NCBI GenBank assembly: GCA_051530055.1
Contig: CM121342.1
Location: 9,377,480-9,441,479 of the forward strand
Origin: Neoechinorhynchus agilis
Lineage: Eukaryota; Animalia; Acanthocephala
Direction: 5' to 3'
Length of the DNA stretch: 64,000 nucleotides
Below the pieces are notes generated by a model, which was given only the letters and a program-made list of their open reading frames with translations, was not told the DNA's origin and ran no database searches. Position numbers and translations under genes: made by a program. Positions 1 through 12,119 of this stretch are shown in pieces (the first letter of the stretch is position 1; each line of letters begins with the position of its first letter).

Positions 1-215
1 CTTCATTTGTTTCTTTAATTGAGCGAACATGAACGCTTGTACTTTATAAAATTTGTATGGACAGAACTTAGAATTATACAATTAACCGTTTGTCCCTGAA
101 ATTTAACACTTTCCATTGCAATTAACGCATTGAAAATCGAGGTAAATTGCCCAAGCACAAAATAACTACTTTCTAAGAACAATAAATCCGCATTGTATGA
201 TCGTAGTAGGTTGAA

Positions 216-800
216 TTATCTACGAACATTTTGTTGAAAATTTCCTTGATGTATTTGGGCTGGTTGATTCCATGGAGTGTAATTCATCGCAAATGTTATT
301 TTGTTTGCTTCAGGGTTATACGTGTGATCTCTGATAAGAGGCTGTTGATTGCGTTCGTTGGGCAGATATGAATATTGTGCAGCTTTCTTTATAACATGGC
401 TTTCGGTTGTAAAGGGATTGGGAATGTATCTATTTCTTGTCTGTGTAGCCCACTGTCCTCTTCCCAGTCTACGCCGGCGGTTTACCTGTCCACTGTAACG
501 TCTTTTTTGCTAGGCTTTTCTTTATGTTGTTTTCAACATACGTTCAATAGAATGCTTTACATCCCATGATTCTCATAAATCCTACGAATTCATGATGGAC
601 ATAAACTGTGCCAAATCGATTTCCTTTTTCACGTTCAGTAATACAATATATGGAACGTTATTGATCATCCATCGAAAAATTCGTCGCAACATTAAGCGTT
701 GCTCCCTGCATGTTGTAATCGTCCTTTTTAATAAACTGAGCAAAAGTCTCAAATTTTCAAGGATATTTTTTCTTTCAGGATTCCTTTACATTCTTAGTTG
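216..800 (-). pseudogene. FoxO-like forkhead gene, copy A (decayed)
   Basis: Minus-strand translation of 779-606 gives PERKNILENLRLLLSLLKRTITTCREQRLMLRRIFRWMINNVPYI, which resembles the FoxO N-half [42 protein letters not shown]. A 51-nt intron-like spacer (605-555, ends AG, donor reads TT) is followed by HSIERML (~NSIRHNL). Two in-frame stops follow. The 3' part is homologous to 34400-34750. Confidence 0.65.
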
Positions 801-999
801 CCGTCTGACCTTGTGGATTTATTGTCTGAGTTGCTGCTGGTTATGTGCCGTATACCATTCTGGTGTTATCATGAGTCTGAACATCATTAAATTTTAGTTT
901 GCCCCTTATATTAGGTTTATTTTTTAGCCATAAAACCAAACCAATTACATCAGAGAAGTGATATAACACCATAGTCTCTAATGCACAGTTAAATGTTTG

Positions 1000-1094
1000 T
1001 ACATTCTTTTTTGACTTGTGGGGAAGATAATCCCGGTTAAAAATCATTTTATTGTTCTGGAATATTTCGCGAGGAAACCTCGCCTTATCAATCA
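1000..1094 (-). ncRNA. Minimal type I hammerhead ribozyme (U3:A8 core variant) plus Penelope-type tail
   Basis: Minus strand reads TGA-TTGATAA-G-GCGAGG-TTT-CCTCGC-GAAA-TATT-CCAG, with a perfect 6-bp stem II. The downstream tail is shared with 4148-4213 and 63575-63635, where it follows a GIY-YIG ORF. Confidence 0.6.
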
Positions 1095-1190
1095 TTGTTT
1101 ATCCGGATTCTCAGATACCTCTAGGAGGCGGGATTCATCTGTGAGTTTCCACCCTTCGGCGGTATTTCGTCTCCTTCGGTTGTGCGTCAT

Positions 1191-1259
1191 TGGCGGTAAC
1201 GGATTCGAACCAGCTGACCCTTAACTGGGATCAATGTGAGTTTCCTACCACAAACCGGC
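1191..1259 (-). other. Degenerate tRNA-like sequence (possible SINE head)
   Basis: Contains GGTCAGCTGGTTCGAATCC (T-loop/B-box-like) and ends ACCGCCA. Acceptor and T stems pair only partly, and no clear anticodon arm is present. Confidence 0.25.
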
Positions 1260-1975
1260 TTGCCAGTAAAAACCTTAAAATATGAGTCTGAACGGTGATT
1301 TACTATCCAGCAGTAGTATTCGCGTATCCTACCGGTATTCCATATCTTGAATTTTAGGTGCGATCCGGAACGTAACGGTTGACTGCCTATCCAAAAGCAG
1401 TATCTGTGATCATAGTCTGCGTTGTATTATTAGTCAGTTGAATGTCTCTAAAATTATCGAAGTTCTGGAAATTGTCCAGTCGATCAAGATTATTCACCGG
1501 AGCAGTTTGCTTCTTTAAATTTGACAGTGTTACAAAGATCAAGGATCAACGTGAATAGACGATCTTCACTTTTTGAGGGCCGATTATATACTCCTGGATG
1601 CATCATTGAAACATTGACACCTAATCCAAGTGAGATGAGTTCAAGTGATCTTACTCGAAGTTAATATTTTATGGGAGCGTCAATAGATGATAATTGGCAG
1701 GATAAGATGTTATTGAACATTAGATAATTCGGATAAATTTAAAATTACAGGAATTTGGTTTCGAGTACTCATCGAAGATACTCAGTTTCTGCGGTTGTTT
1801 TTAATTTATCAATAAATGCAAACGTTGACACTTGTCGGATTAAATATTCCTGCTCGTCTAAATGTTTTAAAAGATGGGTTGGTTCCTCATCGAATGTTGG
1901 TCTGCACGATATAGAAGTTCAACAAGTTAGTTGTTGTTTTGTTCTCTGGAAAATGTCTATATTAAAACCCTTATT

Positions 1976-3390
1976 GTCATATATCATTGTCCTCGGGGTG
2001 AATTTGATTGTACGTTGGCGAATCCTGTCCCCGGTGTTTTCGTTACTCATTTATTTTAGAAATATTTCGCAAGGTTTCCTTGTCTCTTCAGTCTATCTAA
2101 AATGGAGGACATAGACAGCATGTACAGCCGGTCACGTCTGGATGTAGCTCAGATCCGCGGGTTTTCTAATACCAGAAGTGTGGGGAGTTCCATCCGCACA
2201 CACCTCTTGCGGTTTGTTGCCGACTAATTTGCCCGTTATGCTACGCAACTTTGGTAGCACCAGCGTGTGGTTTGATTTATTGCCTTCCATCGTCGGATTT
2301 CCCCGGATGTGAATGGCCTCAAGAATCAGTCTTCTTCTAAGATATGGTTCGCTGGTTATGAATCTCGCCTTTTCAAAATCCGCCTTGTGCTGGATTGTTT
2401 GCTAGTGGTTCGAGATTGCTGAGGATTTGTCGAATGTCCTGCATGCTTGTTTATGTTGCGAAATCCGTTTCCTGATCCCTTGCATGATTTGTCCAATGTA
2501 GACCTTTGGGCATTCTGCACATGGGATTTTGTATATCATTGATTTGGTCTCTTGCTTGGTTTTCCTCTTGAGAATGCCCGCAGTGGATGCGCCCATTTGT
2601 TGTAAATCAAAAGATTTGGAGCGAGGTATTTGAGGCGCCTCAGTTTTTCGGTCGCGTTGTCACTTATGTGGTTAAAGCCAGTTTATTTGAGGGAGATGCT
2701 TGCAGTATCCTTGCTGTCCAATAATGGATGCCGAGGCTCGGCATTTTCATCGCCGTTGATATTCTCATTGCCATTTTATACAGCGCGCAGACTGCGGGAG
2801 CCACTCATCTCACCGCAGCCAACTGCTGTATTTTGGTACGCATACTGTTGTAGTGCGTAGCAGTTTCGATAATGTCGCCAAAACATAGCCCACGGGCCGT
2901 TACACAATATTGATCGAACGCCGTTGAAATGGCCAATACACTAATGGCTGAGGAAAACAAAGCTAATCGAAAACAGTCAGGGGCATCGACTGCAGCCATA
3001 TATGACTCTTCCAACTTAATATCCTCGTCCGATGCATCCCTCACCAAGCCAAGTAAGTGAAGAAAAGAATTGCCAAAATGTGGCTTCGGCCACTCAAGGA
3101 CGGAGACTTCCAATGTACCAGTAAATCCTCCAACCCGACTCTGGTGCCGGGTGGGACCCCAACGGGCAAAGACAGACGCTGCTCGATGGAAACCAGCAAT
3201 TGCAGCGGAGAATTCGCGACGCATTGACATCAGCCTTATTATTGTCTAGCTATGCATGACGGAGTGTTCGGCATGACGCTACTTATGAGTGCATTGATTC
3301 TACGGGCCAAACGACAAGGAAAACCTTGCGAAATATTTCTAAAATAAATGAGTAACGAAAACACCGGGGACAGGATTCGCCAACGCACAA
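1976..3390 (-). mobile_element. Composite Penelope-like insertion with inverted termini and 13-bp TSD
   Basis: TAAAACCCTTATT occurs at 1963-1975 and 3391-3403, and only once at the paralogous empty site (36914-36926). GIY-YIG fragment MIYKIPCAECPKVYIGQ...SAISNH at 2280-2600. A ~78-bp inverted repeat links 2007-2084 and 3313-3390. Confidence 0.85.
2053..2103 (-). ncRNA. Minimal type I hammerhead ribozyme (Penelope pLTR)
   Basis: Minus strand reads TAGA-CTGAAGA-G-A-CAAGG-AAA-CCTTG-C-GAAA-TATT-TCTA: intact core, stem II, palindromic AUAU stem III, and stem I TAGA/TCTA. It lies ~180 nt downstream of the GIY-YIG ORF end. Confidence 0.85.
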
Positions 3391-4799
3391 TAAAACCCTT
3401 ATTTTCAACAATTCCGTAAATCGAAAATTGTTTATAAAACCATTTCGAGACCGATGACGCCACCGTTATTATCAGTTGTTTTCGGATAGATTTGCGACGG
3501 GCCGTTCTCAGCGATGGCATCGGCATTTCGAAGTATAAATTTCGTTAAGTCTTCAAGTTCCCGGTTGGAATCGCTTATCATTCGATTTGGTTCGACAATT
3601 TCTTGCTCCTTAGACCGTGTAGAAACTATTCAGAGACACTGTTTCTGAGCGTTTATTAAGTTTGTAGCCATTGACAATGCGGATTCCGCAATGTTCAAAG
3701 GTGCTGTTCTCAGCAAAGGGGCAAATATTCTATCGAAATTTACCGGTTCGATACTTCGAGTTGAAGGCACTGAAGGAAATGACACTCCTAAACTCATTAG
3801 AAACAATGGAATCGATTCGAGTTTTAATGTGGAACTCAATCGATGTTGATTTGCTCATCACATTCTGGCTCGCTAGAATCCGCATGCATTAAATTGTAGC
3901 CTCCATAATTAAAATTTGGTTTTTAAACCGTTGAGCATCAGTTGTCGGAATATTATCGTTCCATCGTTCAGTCAAACGTAAAAGGATTCTGTTGATTTCT
4001 GGATTCATGTCTCTATCTGAAATTTTTATACGTCTCCTCGGGAAAGACAATCGAACAAGGAACGATATTGCGAATTATCACGTATCTCATCGATAAAATC
4101 CATCGGGGTGGTAAATTTTGACTCGTGGTGAAGTGTGCTGAAATTTTTCTCGCGAAATATTTCAGAACAATAAAGTGATTTTTAACCGGGATCATTTTCA
4201 CCACAAGTCAAGATATTACGTATCTGTTTTGGTGCTCAACACAAAAACCAATGAAGAATGCGGTCTCGGTGATTGTAATAATGATTGCATAAAGACGGGT
4301 ATTTCAACCGCGTTAATCTTGTGAACTTCCTGTATCATGGTTTTTATGAAAATTTTAAACTTTTAAATATAAAATTTTCGTAAAAACCATGATTACAAAA
4401 AATCTTATGTTTTTGATCTGCTTTCAATACATCCAATTTTAAAATGATTTCGTACAGAGGTTTCGCAGCTTGACCAGTGGCTTGAAATGGCGGTCAGTGG
4501 TGAGTTCGTTGCTTTGTTTTAGGAATTAAATTTTTGAACAAATCACAATGCTCGCATAGACAAATGCCAGTTTCAATCTTTGTTGTCTGTAAAAGAAATT
4601 TGGAATTACGAAAAACCAATGGGCACCTTTTGCGTAAATGTTCATCATGAACACAATGGAAGCGTTTGACAGAAATTCAAGATTTGTTTTAGCGCTAAAA
4701 TGTTCGACTTTCGTGGATAATATCGATAATGAGTGTGACATTCACGGCGAACCGATTGGTAAATGTTTTCACCGACAACATCTCACGAACGTTCGATTA

Positions 4800-7700
4800 A
4801 TTGTGTTATTGTCGAAAGAGGAACCGAAATCATCAAATGGTTTCAACCAGATGATTGCCTGTATCGTCCGGTGGCTCGGGTATTCGAAAAAAAGTAGATG
4901 TGTTGTTACCCGCGTTTTTAGGATCATTCGAAGGGAGTCGCGATCTGGTAAAACGTATATTGGGAATGCGAGCAGTCGAACATGAAGTAACGGCAAGATT
5001 TAAATTCGGTATGATAAAGATGAAAGAAGATCAAACGTATGTGGAATGGATCCCAGAGTTAAAAGGTGCAGGCGAAAATTGCAAATTCTATAAAGAAGAA
5101 ACAAAAACGGAGGCTGATGCTTTATCCGAACGGATGCGCGATCATGTAGTGCTAAACACGCCGCACGATGCCGTCCGGAGAGCGGCACTCCAAATCGAAA
5201 ACCTGACCTTCGAAAACCTTCAGTAGATAGCGTTCAGATACGAATCCACCTCAACAGCTATAGAAATAATGCCGTCGAACAAAGCAGTAGAAGAAAATAG
5301 AGCGATATTCGAAGTCAAGAGGCGAAACGACGAAGATAAGAACCGGAAGGGAGATTAGCTAGGTAGACGAGACACGCAAGGGATTTCTAACAAATGGAAA
5401 TGCCCTAAATGCGGGTCAGGTCATGGAAAGAATCAAGAATGTCGAGCGCAGGGGTGCAAATGTTACAAGTGCGGAAAACTGGGTCATTTCGCGAAAAGGT
5501 TCCGCAACGATAGAGTTCATCGCGTTCAACGAACAAGCGATCCACAATCGAGCTCAGAAGATTTGGATGTGTTCGAGGTCAACATTATGGATCAGGACAA
5601 GTCACAACAAACGTGGATAAAAACGAGAATCAACGGAATAAAAATCGATATGTTGTTTCACACGGTACAAACGTCAGCATCATTTCAAATCTGGTCTTGG
5701 AAGCTATTGGAAGGTCTCAACTAAAGAAAGGAAAAAAATTGATCAGCTTTAAAGGATCGGAAATCTCCAGCTTGGGAGAGTGTGATGTGTTGGTTACGAT
5801 CGGAAGGACAAATAAGATAGCAACAGTTACGGTTGTCGAGCGAACAGCTAAGTGCCTTTTTGGACTGCCATGGTGTAAGTACTTCAATGTAAGGCTTCCG
5901 CGAGAAGTGTATTTGACTACGATCAAAGCGGTGGGAATCCATGAAGGGCTGGACCGCTGCTTGAAATTACATGATAAATTATTCCAGCAAAAGACGGAAC
6001 CGAATAGAAATATGGTAGTCAGATTGAATCTCAGTCGAACAGCGGAACCCATTTTCGCATCAGCAAGCAGGATACCATTCGCATTGGAACAACCTGCGAG
6101 GGAAGAAATTTTGGGACTGGTTGATGGAGGAATCTTGGAGGCCGTAGATATGGCGCAAGAACAAGTAGAATGGGCAACACCGATTGTCGTCGTCCGGAAG
6201 TCAAATGGGAAGGTCCATATCTGTGGCGATTTGAAGGTTAAACTGAACAGGTTCCTGGCGGCTGATAGTTACAACATTCCTTGTTTGGAAGGGGTCAGAA
6301 ATACACAGAAATCGATTTATCCGACGCGTATCTTCAGTTAGAAGTCGATCAAACAACCAAGAACTTGCTAACAATCGCAATTCCATGGAGCTTGCACCGT
6401 TATAAAATTCTTCCTTTTGGAGTATCGACAGCCCCAAAAATTTTCCAGAAGTTCATGGATCAGCTGTTGGATGGCGTACCTTCAACCAAAGCTTATTTGG
6501 ATGATATTATCATCACAGGGGCGAGCGACGAGGAACATATTCAAAACCTGAATACGGTGTTGACGAAGTTGGAAGAAGTCGGAATAAACGTTAGAAGAGA
6601 AAAATGTCAGTTTATTAAAAAAGTGGTTAAATATTTGGGGCACATGCTGGTTGATGGTAAGTTGTGTGCAAACAGCGAAAAAGTAGATGACTTACAAAGA
6701 GCAATGGAACCCAGGAACAAACGAGAGCTGCGTACGTTTTTGGGAACTGCGAACTTTCTGGATCGCTTTATTCCAAACTTTCAGGCGATCTGCGCACCGC
6801 TATATGATTTGATTAAGACTAAAGCGGTGTAGATATGGTGGAAGGAGCAGACAGCGGTGTTCGAGCGCGTCAAGGAAGCGATCGCGGATCACATTTCCTT
6901 AAAATTATATGACGAAAAGAAACCACTAATTTTAGCGTGCGATGCAAGTGACTATGGTATTGGAGCCGCCTTATTTCAGGCCGACGATCATGGACCCAGG
7001 GAAGCGCCAATCATGTTGACGTCACGAAAACTTAATACAACGGAAGTTCGATATGCTACCATAGACAAAGAAGCCTTAGCCATCGTGCACGCAATCAAAC
7101 GTTTTCATAAATACCTTTAAGGACGCCATTTTGTGTTAGAAACTGATCACCAACCGTTAAAACACATATTCGGGTACCAGAGGGATATCAGCAAGATGAC
7201 CTACGGAAGGCTAGTGCGTTGGGCGATAATGCTCAACGAATATAACTTCGATATAAGATACGTTAAAGGCAAAACAAATTTGTATGCTGACTGCTTATCG
7301 AGGTTACCGAACGATCAGAAGAAATTTATTGTGAATTCAGTAGATGTTAAGATACTAGCTGCAAATCATCAACAACGCGTTGAGGAGATATAGTTGTCGC
7401 GCAAGACGCTCGAGTTAGCAACTAAGCAGGATCGGACGTTCAAAAAGCTGCTGCGGCAATTGAAATACGACTGGTCAGCTAAAATGGACAGAGTTGATGG
7501 TGCATACTGGAACCGGAGGGACGAATTGGCGGAGGAAAACGGCCTTATGTTATATCAACATAAGCTCGTTATTCCGAAATGTTTGCGAATGAAGGTCTCG
7601 AAAACCTCCACAAGGGACACCCGGGAATTGAGTCGATGAAAAGAATCAGTAGACATGTTGTGTGGTGGCCACGAATTAAGGACGACATTGAAAGGTACGT

Positions 7701-7873
7701 GGGAAGATGCACGCATTGTCAAAAATCGAGATCCGCGATGCCGAACGAGCCGCTGTTCGGATGGGACATACCACGCCGGGTGTGGAGAAGCTTACATTTC
7801 GATTTGGCTGGCCCAATAAAGAATAAGATGTTCCTGATTCTTGTTGATGCTACAAGCAAATGGGTGGAGATAT
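4800..7873 (+). mobile_element. Ty3/Gypsy LTR retrotransposon (Mag/K02A2.6-like), degraded and 3'-truncated in integrase
   Basis: gag zinc-knuckle remnants (5400-5500), degenerate protease (5650), RT WATPIVVVRK/DLSDAYLQ/YLDDII, RNase H LACDASDYGIG...KEALA...TDHQPL, integrase HHCC (HPGIESMK...CTHC) and LHFDLAGP. Many frameshifts and stops. Confidence 0.92.
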
Positions 7874-7889
7874 GATTGATTGCACTCAC

Positions 7890-8545
7890 TTTCATTTAGA
7901 AATCTGGAAAAAAAGCTACCGGACATCCATCTTGACTCAAAACTGCACCTTTTGCTGATTCAGAAGCATCCGTTTCTACGGTAAGCGCCTATGAAAAATC
8001 TATAGTCGTCCAGCGCGTCTAATGACTTCACGTGGCTTTCTTCGAGACTTTCAGATCCCGCAGAGCCTTAACTCTTTCCGGATCGGGACGTTTTAGTCCG
8101 TTCTTGATTTCATAGCCCAATATGCGTATCTTGCGAATCCCGTAAACACTTTTATCCTTGTTCAGCGTTATCCGCAACTTTTGAGCAACAGTCTGAAAAT
8201 TGGCGAGTTTTTCGTCATGATCATCTTGATCGATGCCTCCAATGATAACATCGTCCAAATAAGCACAGGTCCCGAGGAGTTTTTCTTTTTGGATAATATC
8301 ATCGATTGCACGTTGAAAGACAGCTACCCCATTAATAAGACCGAAGGGAATCCTTCGAAATTGGTACAATTTACCATTTGCGTCAAAAGCTGTAAAGCAA
8401 TTTTCTTTCTATAGGATTTCCAGTTGATGGTAAGCTGCCTTTAAGTCAATTTTAGAAAAAACTGTAAACTTTGAAAGCTGATCGATGAGATCGTCAATTC
8501 TCGGCAGTGGATAGGCATCCAACGCCGTGTAACGGTTGACACTTT
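7890..8545 (-). mobile_element. Gypsy RT fragment
   Basis: KIDLKAAYHQ, YQFRRIPFGLINGVAVFQR, YLDDVII. Related to the RT at 29580-30250. Confidence 0.88.
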
Positions 8546-10190
8546 TAGAATTATCGATGACGAGTCTCCTTTTTCCTTCTCGGTCAACTCCGATCCCTCC
8601 TCTCTCTGCGCAGCTTCAACTCTCATCTCGTCTCTCGTCCGTTCCCAATCGAAACTGGTGGCGTGAAATAAAAAATTTCAGTGATCTTGGTAGATCCACC
8701 ACCTTCGCATATCCCCCCAAATATGATCTCCTCTCAATCCTTAACTTCGCGAATAAAAACCTCTGTCCTCCTTAAACCTCCTCTTCATTGTCCCAACCTC
8801 CCTTCTCACTATTTGGCCCGCCCATTCATACATGCCCTTCCTTAGTTTCCCCGCTCGAAATCCTAAAGAACCTTAAACGCCTACCCCGCCATTCTTCCCT
8901 AATTCGACTATCGCAAATTGGGCCATTCGTTTCATCATCCCGGAACTTATCGATCCTATAACGCACATAACGAACCTTAGCTTTCTATTGGGCTCCTTCC
9001 CATCGTGTCTTAAGGAAACCCGTGTCGTCCCCATAGACAAAAACGATAAACCAATTTCTCCCACATCCTTTCGTCCCATCTCTATCCTCTCTCTTTTCTT
9101 TAAAATCTTAGAAAAATGTGAAAACATCTCCCCTTCCCAATTCGCTTTCTGTCCCAATTACTCTTGTTCTGATGCCCTCCTCTGCATCTACTATACGCTT
9201 GTGCGCAGCTTAGATTCCAGTCCAGCATCAACCGTCCGTCTCGTGCAACTGGATATTTCCAGGGCGTTTGAGTCGGTAGATCACTCCCTTCTTCTCCAAG
9301 CATGTGCGTCCTTTGGCCTCCCAACCTGCCAACTCGCTTGGATTTTCTCTTTCCTCTCCAACCGCAAACAATATATCCAATGTGGAAGTTCTTGCCCCTC
9401 TTCTCTGCCCATATTTAAAGGGCTACCCCAAGGCGCCGTACTTTCCCCTCTCCTCTTTGACATTTTTCTAAATGACCTTCATCCCCTTACTCCCCCTACC
9501 AAATATTTTCTCTATGCAGATGACCTCACAGTCATTACCATCGCATCTCCCTCTCTCTCCCTCTCCACAAAGATGTACGAGATCAACCATCTCATTTCCT
9601 CGCTCTCCCCCCTAAACCTCTCCCTAAATTTATCCAAATTTTTGAGCTTGTCCTCCACATTTCCAAAGGCAATCTTATCCCCGCGCCTCTCCCTCTCCCC
9701 ATCCAACGCTCCTCTTCTCTCCGAATACTGGGCCTGACTTTCCAAGAAAATCTTAAATGGGATGCCCACATTTCATTTACACTCTCTAAAACAAACCCTC
9801 GCATTTACTTCCTCTAACTCCTCCGGCGTCTCGGCATATCCCCTAAACACCTAGCCCACTTTTATCACTCTGCCATCCTCCCTATCCTTACACACGCCTT
9901 CGCCACTTTCCTCGCCCTTTCTGCCAATGCTCTCCATTCCCTCGAAACCTTCCACAAGAGAGCAGCGAGAATATGCGGGACTGTACTCCCTCCCCTCGAC
10001 GCCAACCTCCACTCCATTTTCTCAAAAAACGCCCTCCGTCTTGTTAAACCCCCTCCACAATTTTCGTCCCTCATCTCTAAATACTCTTCCCTCGTAAACA
10101 CCCGTAACTCCAACCTTTTTCATTCCCCCTCGCTCGTACAACCCTCTACCAAAAATCTTTCCTCCCCCAAGCACAATCTTTCCGTAACAA
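8546..10190 (+). mobile_element. CR1/L2-group LINE, 5'-truncated RT
   Basis: SFRPISILS, LDISRAFESVDH, GLPQGAVLSPLLF, YADDL. The coding strand is strongly C/T-rich and has frameshifts. Confidence 0.9.
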
Positions 10191-10339
10191 CCGGAGAACA
10201 AGGAAAGACTCCCAATCGGTCATTCTCCTGTAAAACCCTTTAAAAGACAAGTTCTACCTCCCTGATTCAACATCCGACATCCAGACACCTTCAGCAAAGA
10301 TAGATGCTAGCAAGTGTATAGATCGTTCTTTTCTTAAAT

Positions 10340-10800
10340 TAATAAAATGTTTTTATATAAGAAGCAAACTGACTGGTTTGGCGAAAACTCCTCGGGTATC
10401 TCAGTTCTTACCGAACGGAAGAGAAAGGCAAAAAGAAAAGAGTTCCGAAGGCTCAAAGCCATCAATCCTATACACATCCGACAAATACAGAACGAAGTGT
10501 GGAAACCCAAATAGCTTCAATGGCACACAGGCGATTTCTTCGCAGGTACCGTATGATTTGCGGTCACGTCCATGAACCAATCACGCCGATAAAAGACCCA
10601 CAAGGGAACATCCTCACAATAGAAGAAATTCGCAAAAGACGGAAAAGCTGGCAAAATTAGACGAAACGGTGAAAGCCTCTCTCGACGGTGAAAGCCTCTC
10701 GAGAAAATTTTCTCGAGAAAATGTTAAATACTCAGGGCGAGAATTACACTTTGGATGAAGACTAAGTGGAGGCTCTTAATCTTTTGTCTGGAGATTCAGG
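10340..10800 (+). mobile_element. RTE-clade LINE linker remnant
   Basis: PITPIKDPQGNILTIEEIRKR and WF...RKRKAK resemble the RTE endonuclease-RT linker. Confidence 0.5.
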
Positions 10801-10829
10801 CAGCGAGCAGGTCCCCGTTAATTGTTGCA

Positions 10830-11520
10830 AGCAATCGGTTGGGACTCACCCCTGGTAGCCAGAATTCATAACTCCTTAATTTCAGATTGTCGTGACCAGG
10901 TGAACCGAACTCGATTGGCGGCAGCCTCTACAAGTGAATCGCATGCTTGGCTCAACGCTATCCCAATCGCTTCTGTGAGTACCCTTCTCTCCGACTAGAA
11001 AGTAAGGATTGCAGTGTCGCTGAGACTTGGGGTACCGATGTGCACATCCCACCGCTGCCGTTGCGGAGCGACCGTGGAACCAGCCGGCAATCAGGCGGAA
11101 GGTACTCACGACATGCCGAAGTGAACGAAATTTTTAACTGTGCCCGTAATACTGTGAATACGCCCAACATCTTAGAGCCGAGCAATCTTTGCCGATTCGA
11201 TTGGCGTAGACCGGACGGTGTCACAGTATTCCCGTGGCGAGAAGGAAAATGCCTTCTCTGGGACGCCACGTCCATGGATACGCTCACAGCCAGCAAAATA
11301 AAATTCGCCACTATTAAACGAGGGCAAAATACTGGGACCTGGTTCGAAATCATTATTTCGTTCTCTTTGGCGTCGAGACACTCAGGTAAGCAATCGTCGA
11401 AGAGACTCAGGCGAATCACTGGCTATCCGAGGGCAGGAGCATTCCTCCTACAAAACTCCCTGGGCTGCATTCGTCCTTTCGTCCATTACACAAGGACGGC
11501 AGCTGAGTAATCCAGAGCGA
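10830..11520 (+). mobile_element. CRE-like non-LTR element, C-terminal restriction-like endonuclease
   Basis: GRYSRHAEVN...ILEPSNLCRFDWRRPDGVTVFPWREGKCLLWDAT (H/C motif plus PD..D RLE). The 3' end is shared with 21990-22035. Confidence 0.85.
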
Positions 11521-12119
11521 TGGCGTGAATGTTGGTAATATTTGGTCGAGATAAGAGATCATTGTAGGCTGCATTCGTAATTCGCTTTGATTTTTGGACG
11601 ACTACAGAAAATAAGAAGCGCTATCGATCCTATATCCACATAATCTTCTTTTCCGGAAATAAAGTATATGTGAACCTGATAAACGTTCAATTCTTAAGTC
11701 CCTTGCATTAATTGGTATTCTAGGTGTGATTGTATCGCTTGTTGGCAATAAACCGCCGATAGTACAGCTTGATGATGTTGGCTAATTGTAAATCTAATTT
11801 CAAAGCTTAATACTCTCTTGGAGATTGCATTAATTATTTGTTAACATATTTCGCGGATGATTTTCTGACTGTGTGCTCAAATAAGGACAATTGAAAACAA
11901 ACCGTAGTGTTGAATTAACGCAATGCGATAAGATTGGTTGCCGCTTAATACAAAAAAGCGATTCTAGCAGAAAAACTTGTGTCCAAGGACGCTGTTTGCA
12001 GCTCGTAACTACAAATATTCTTATTATACTTTGTGACTATTTTGCAGATTATTGCAAATTGTCGCTAACGTTAAAACGTTTTGTTAACAAAATTTACCGA
12101 AAATCACTTGACTTTGAAC

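Larger units (their letters stand above)
1575..4150 (-). pseudogene. KDM5/Lid-like histone demethylase gene, copy 1 (Penelope insertion at 1976-3390; internal deletion removes PHD/JmjC)
   Basis: About 85-90% nucleotide identity by eye to 36525-40360. JmjN-like FTTPMDFIDEIR near 4110 and ARID-like LESIPLFLMSLGVSFPSVP (ORF 3630-3839). It lacks the ~1.2 kb present at ~36960-38155 in copy 2. Confidence 0.55.

Noticed and set aside
2805-3230. Tc1/mariner transposase (VLEWP motif)
   Set aside because: No DDE spacing or SPDLNPIE motif follows.
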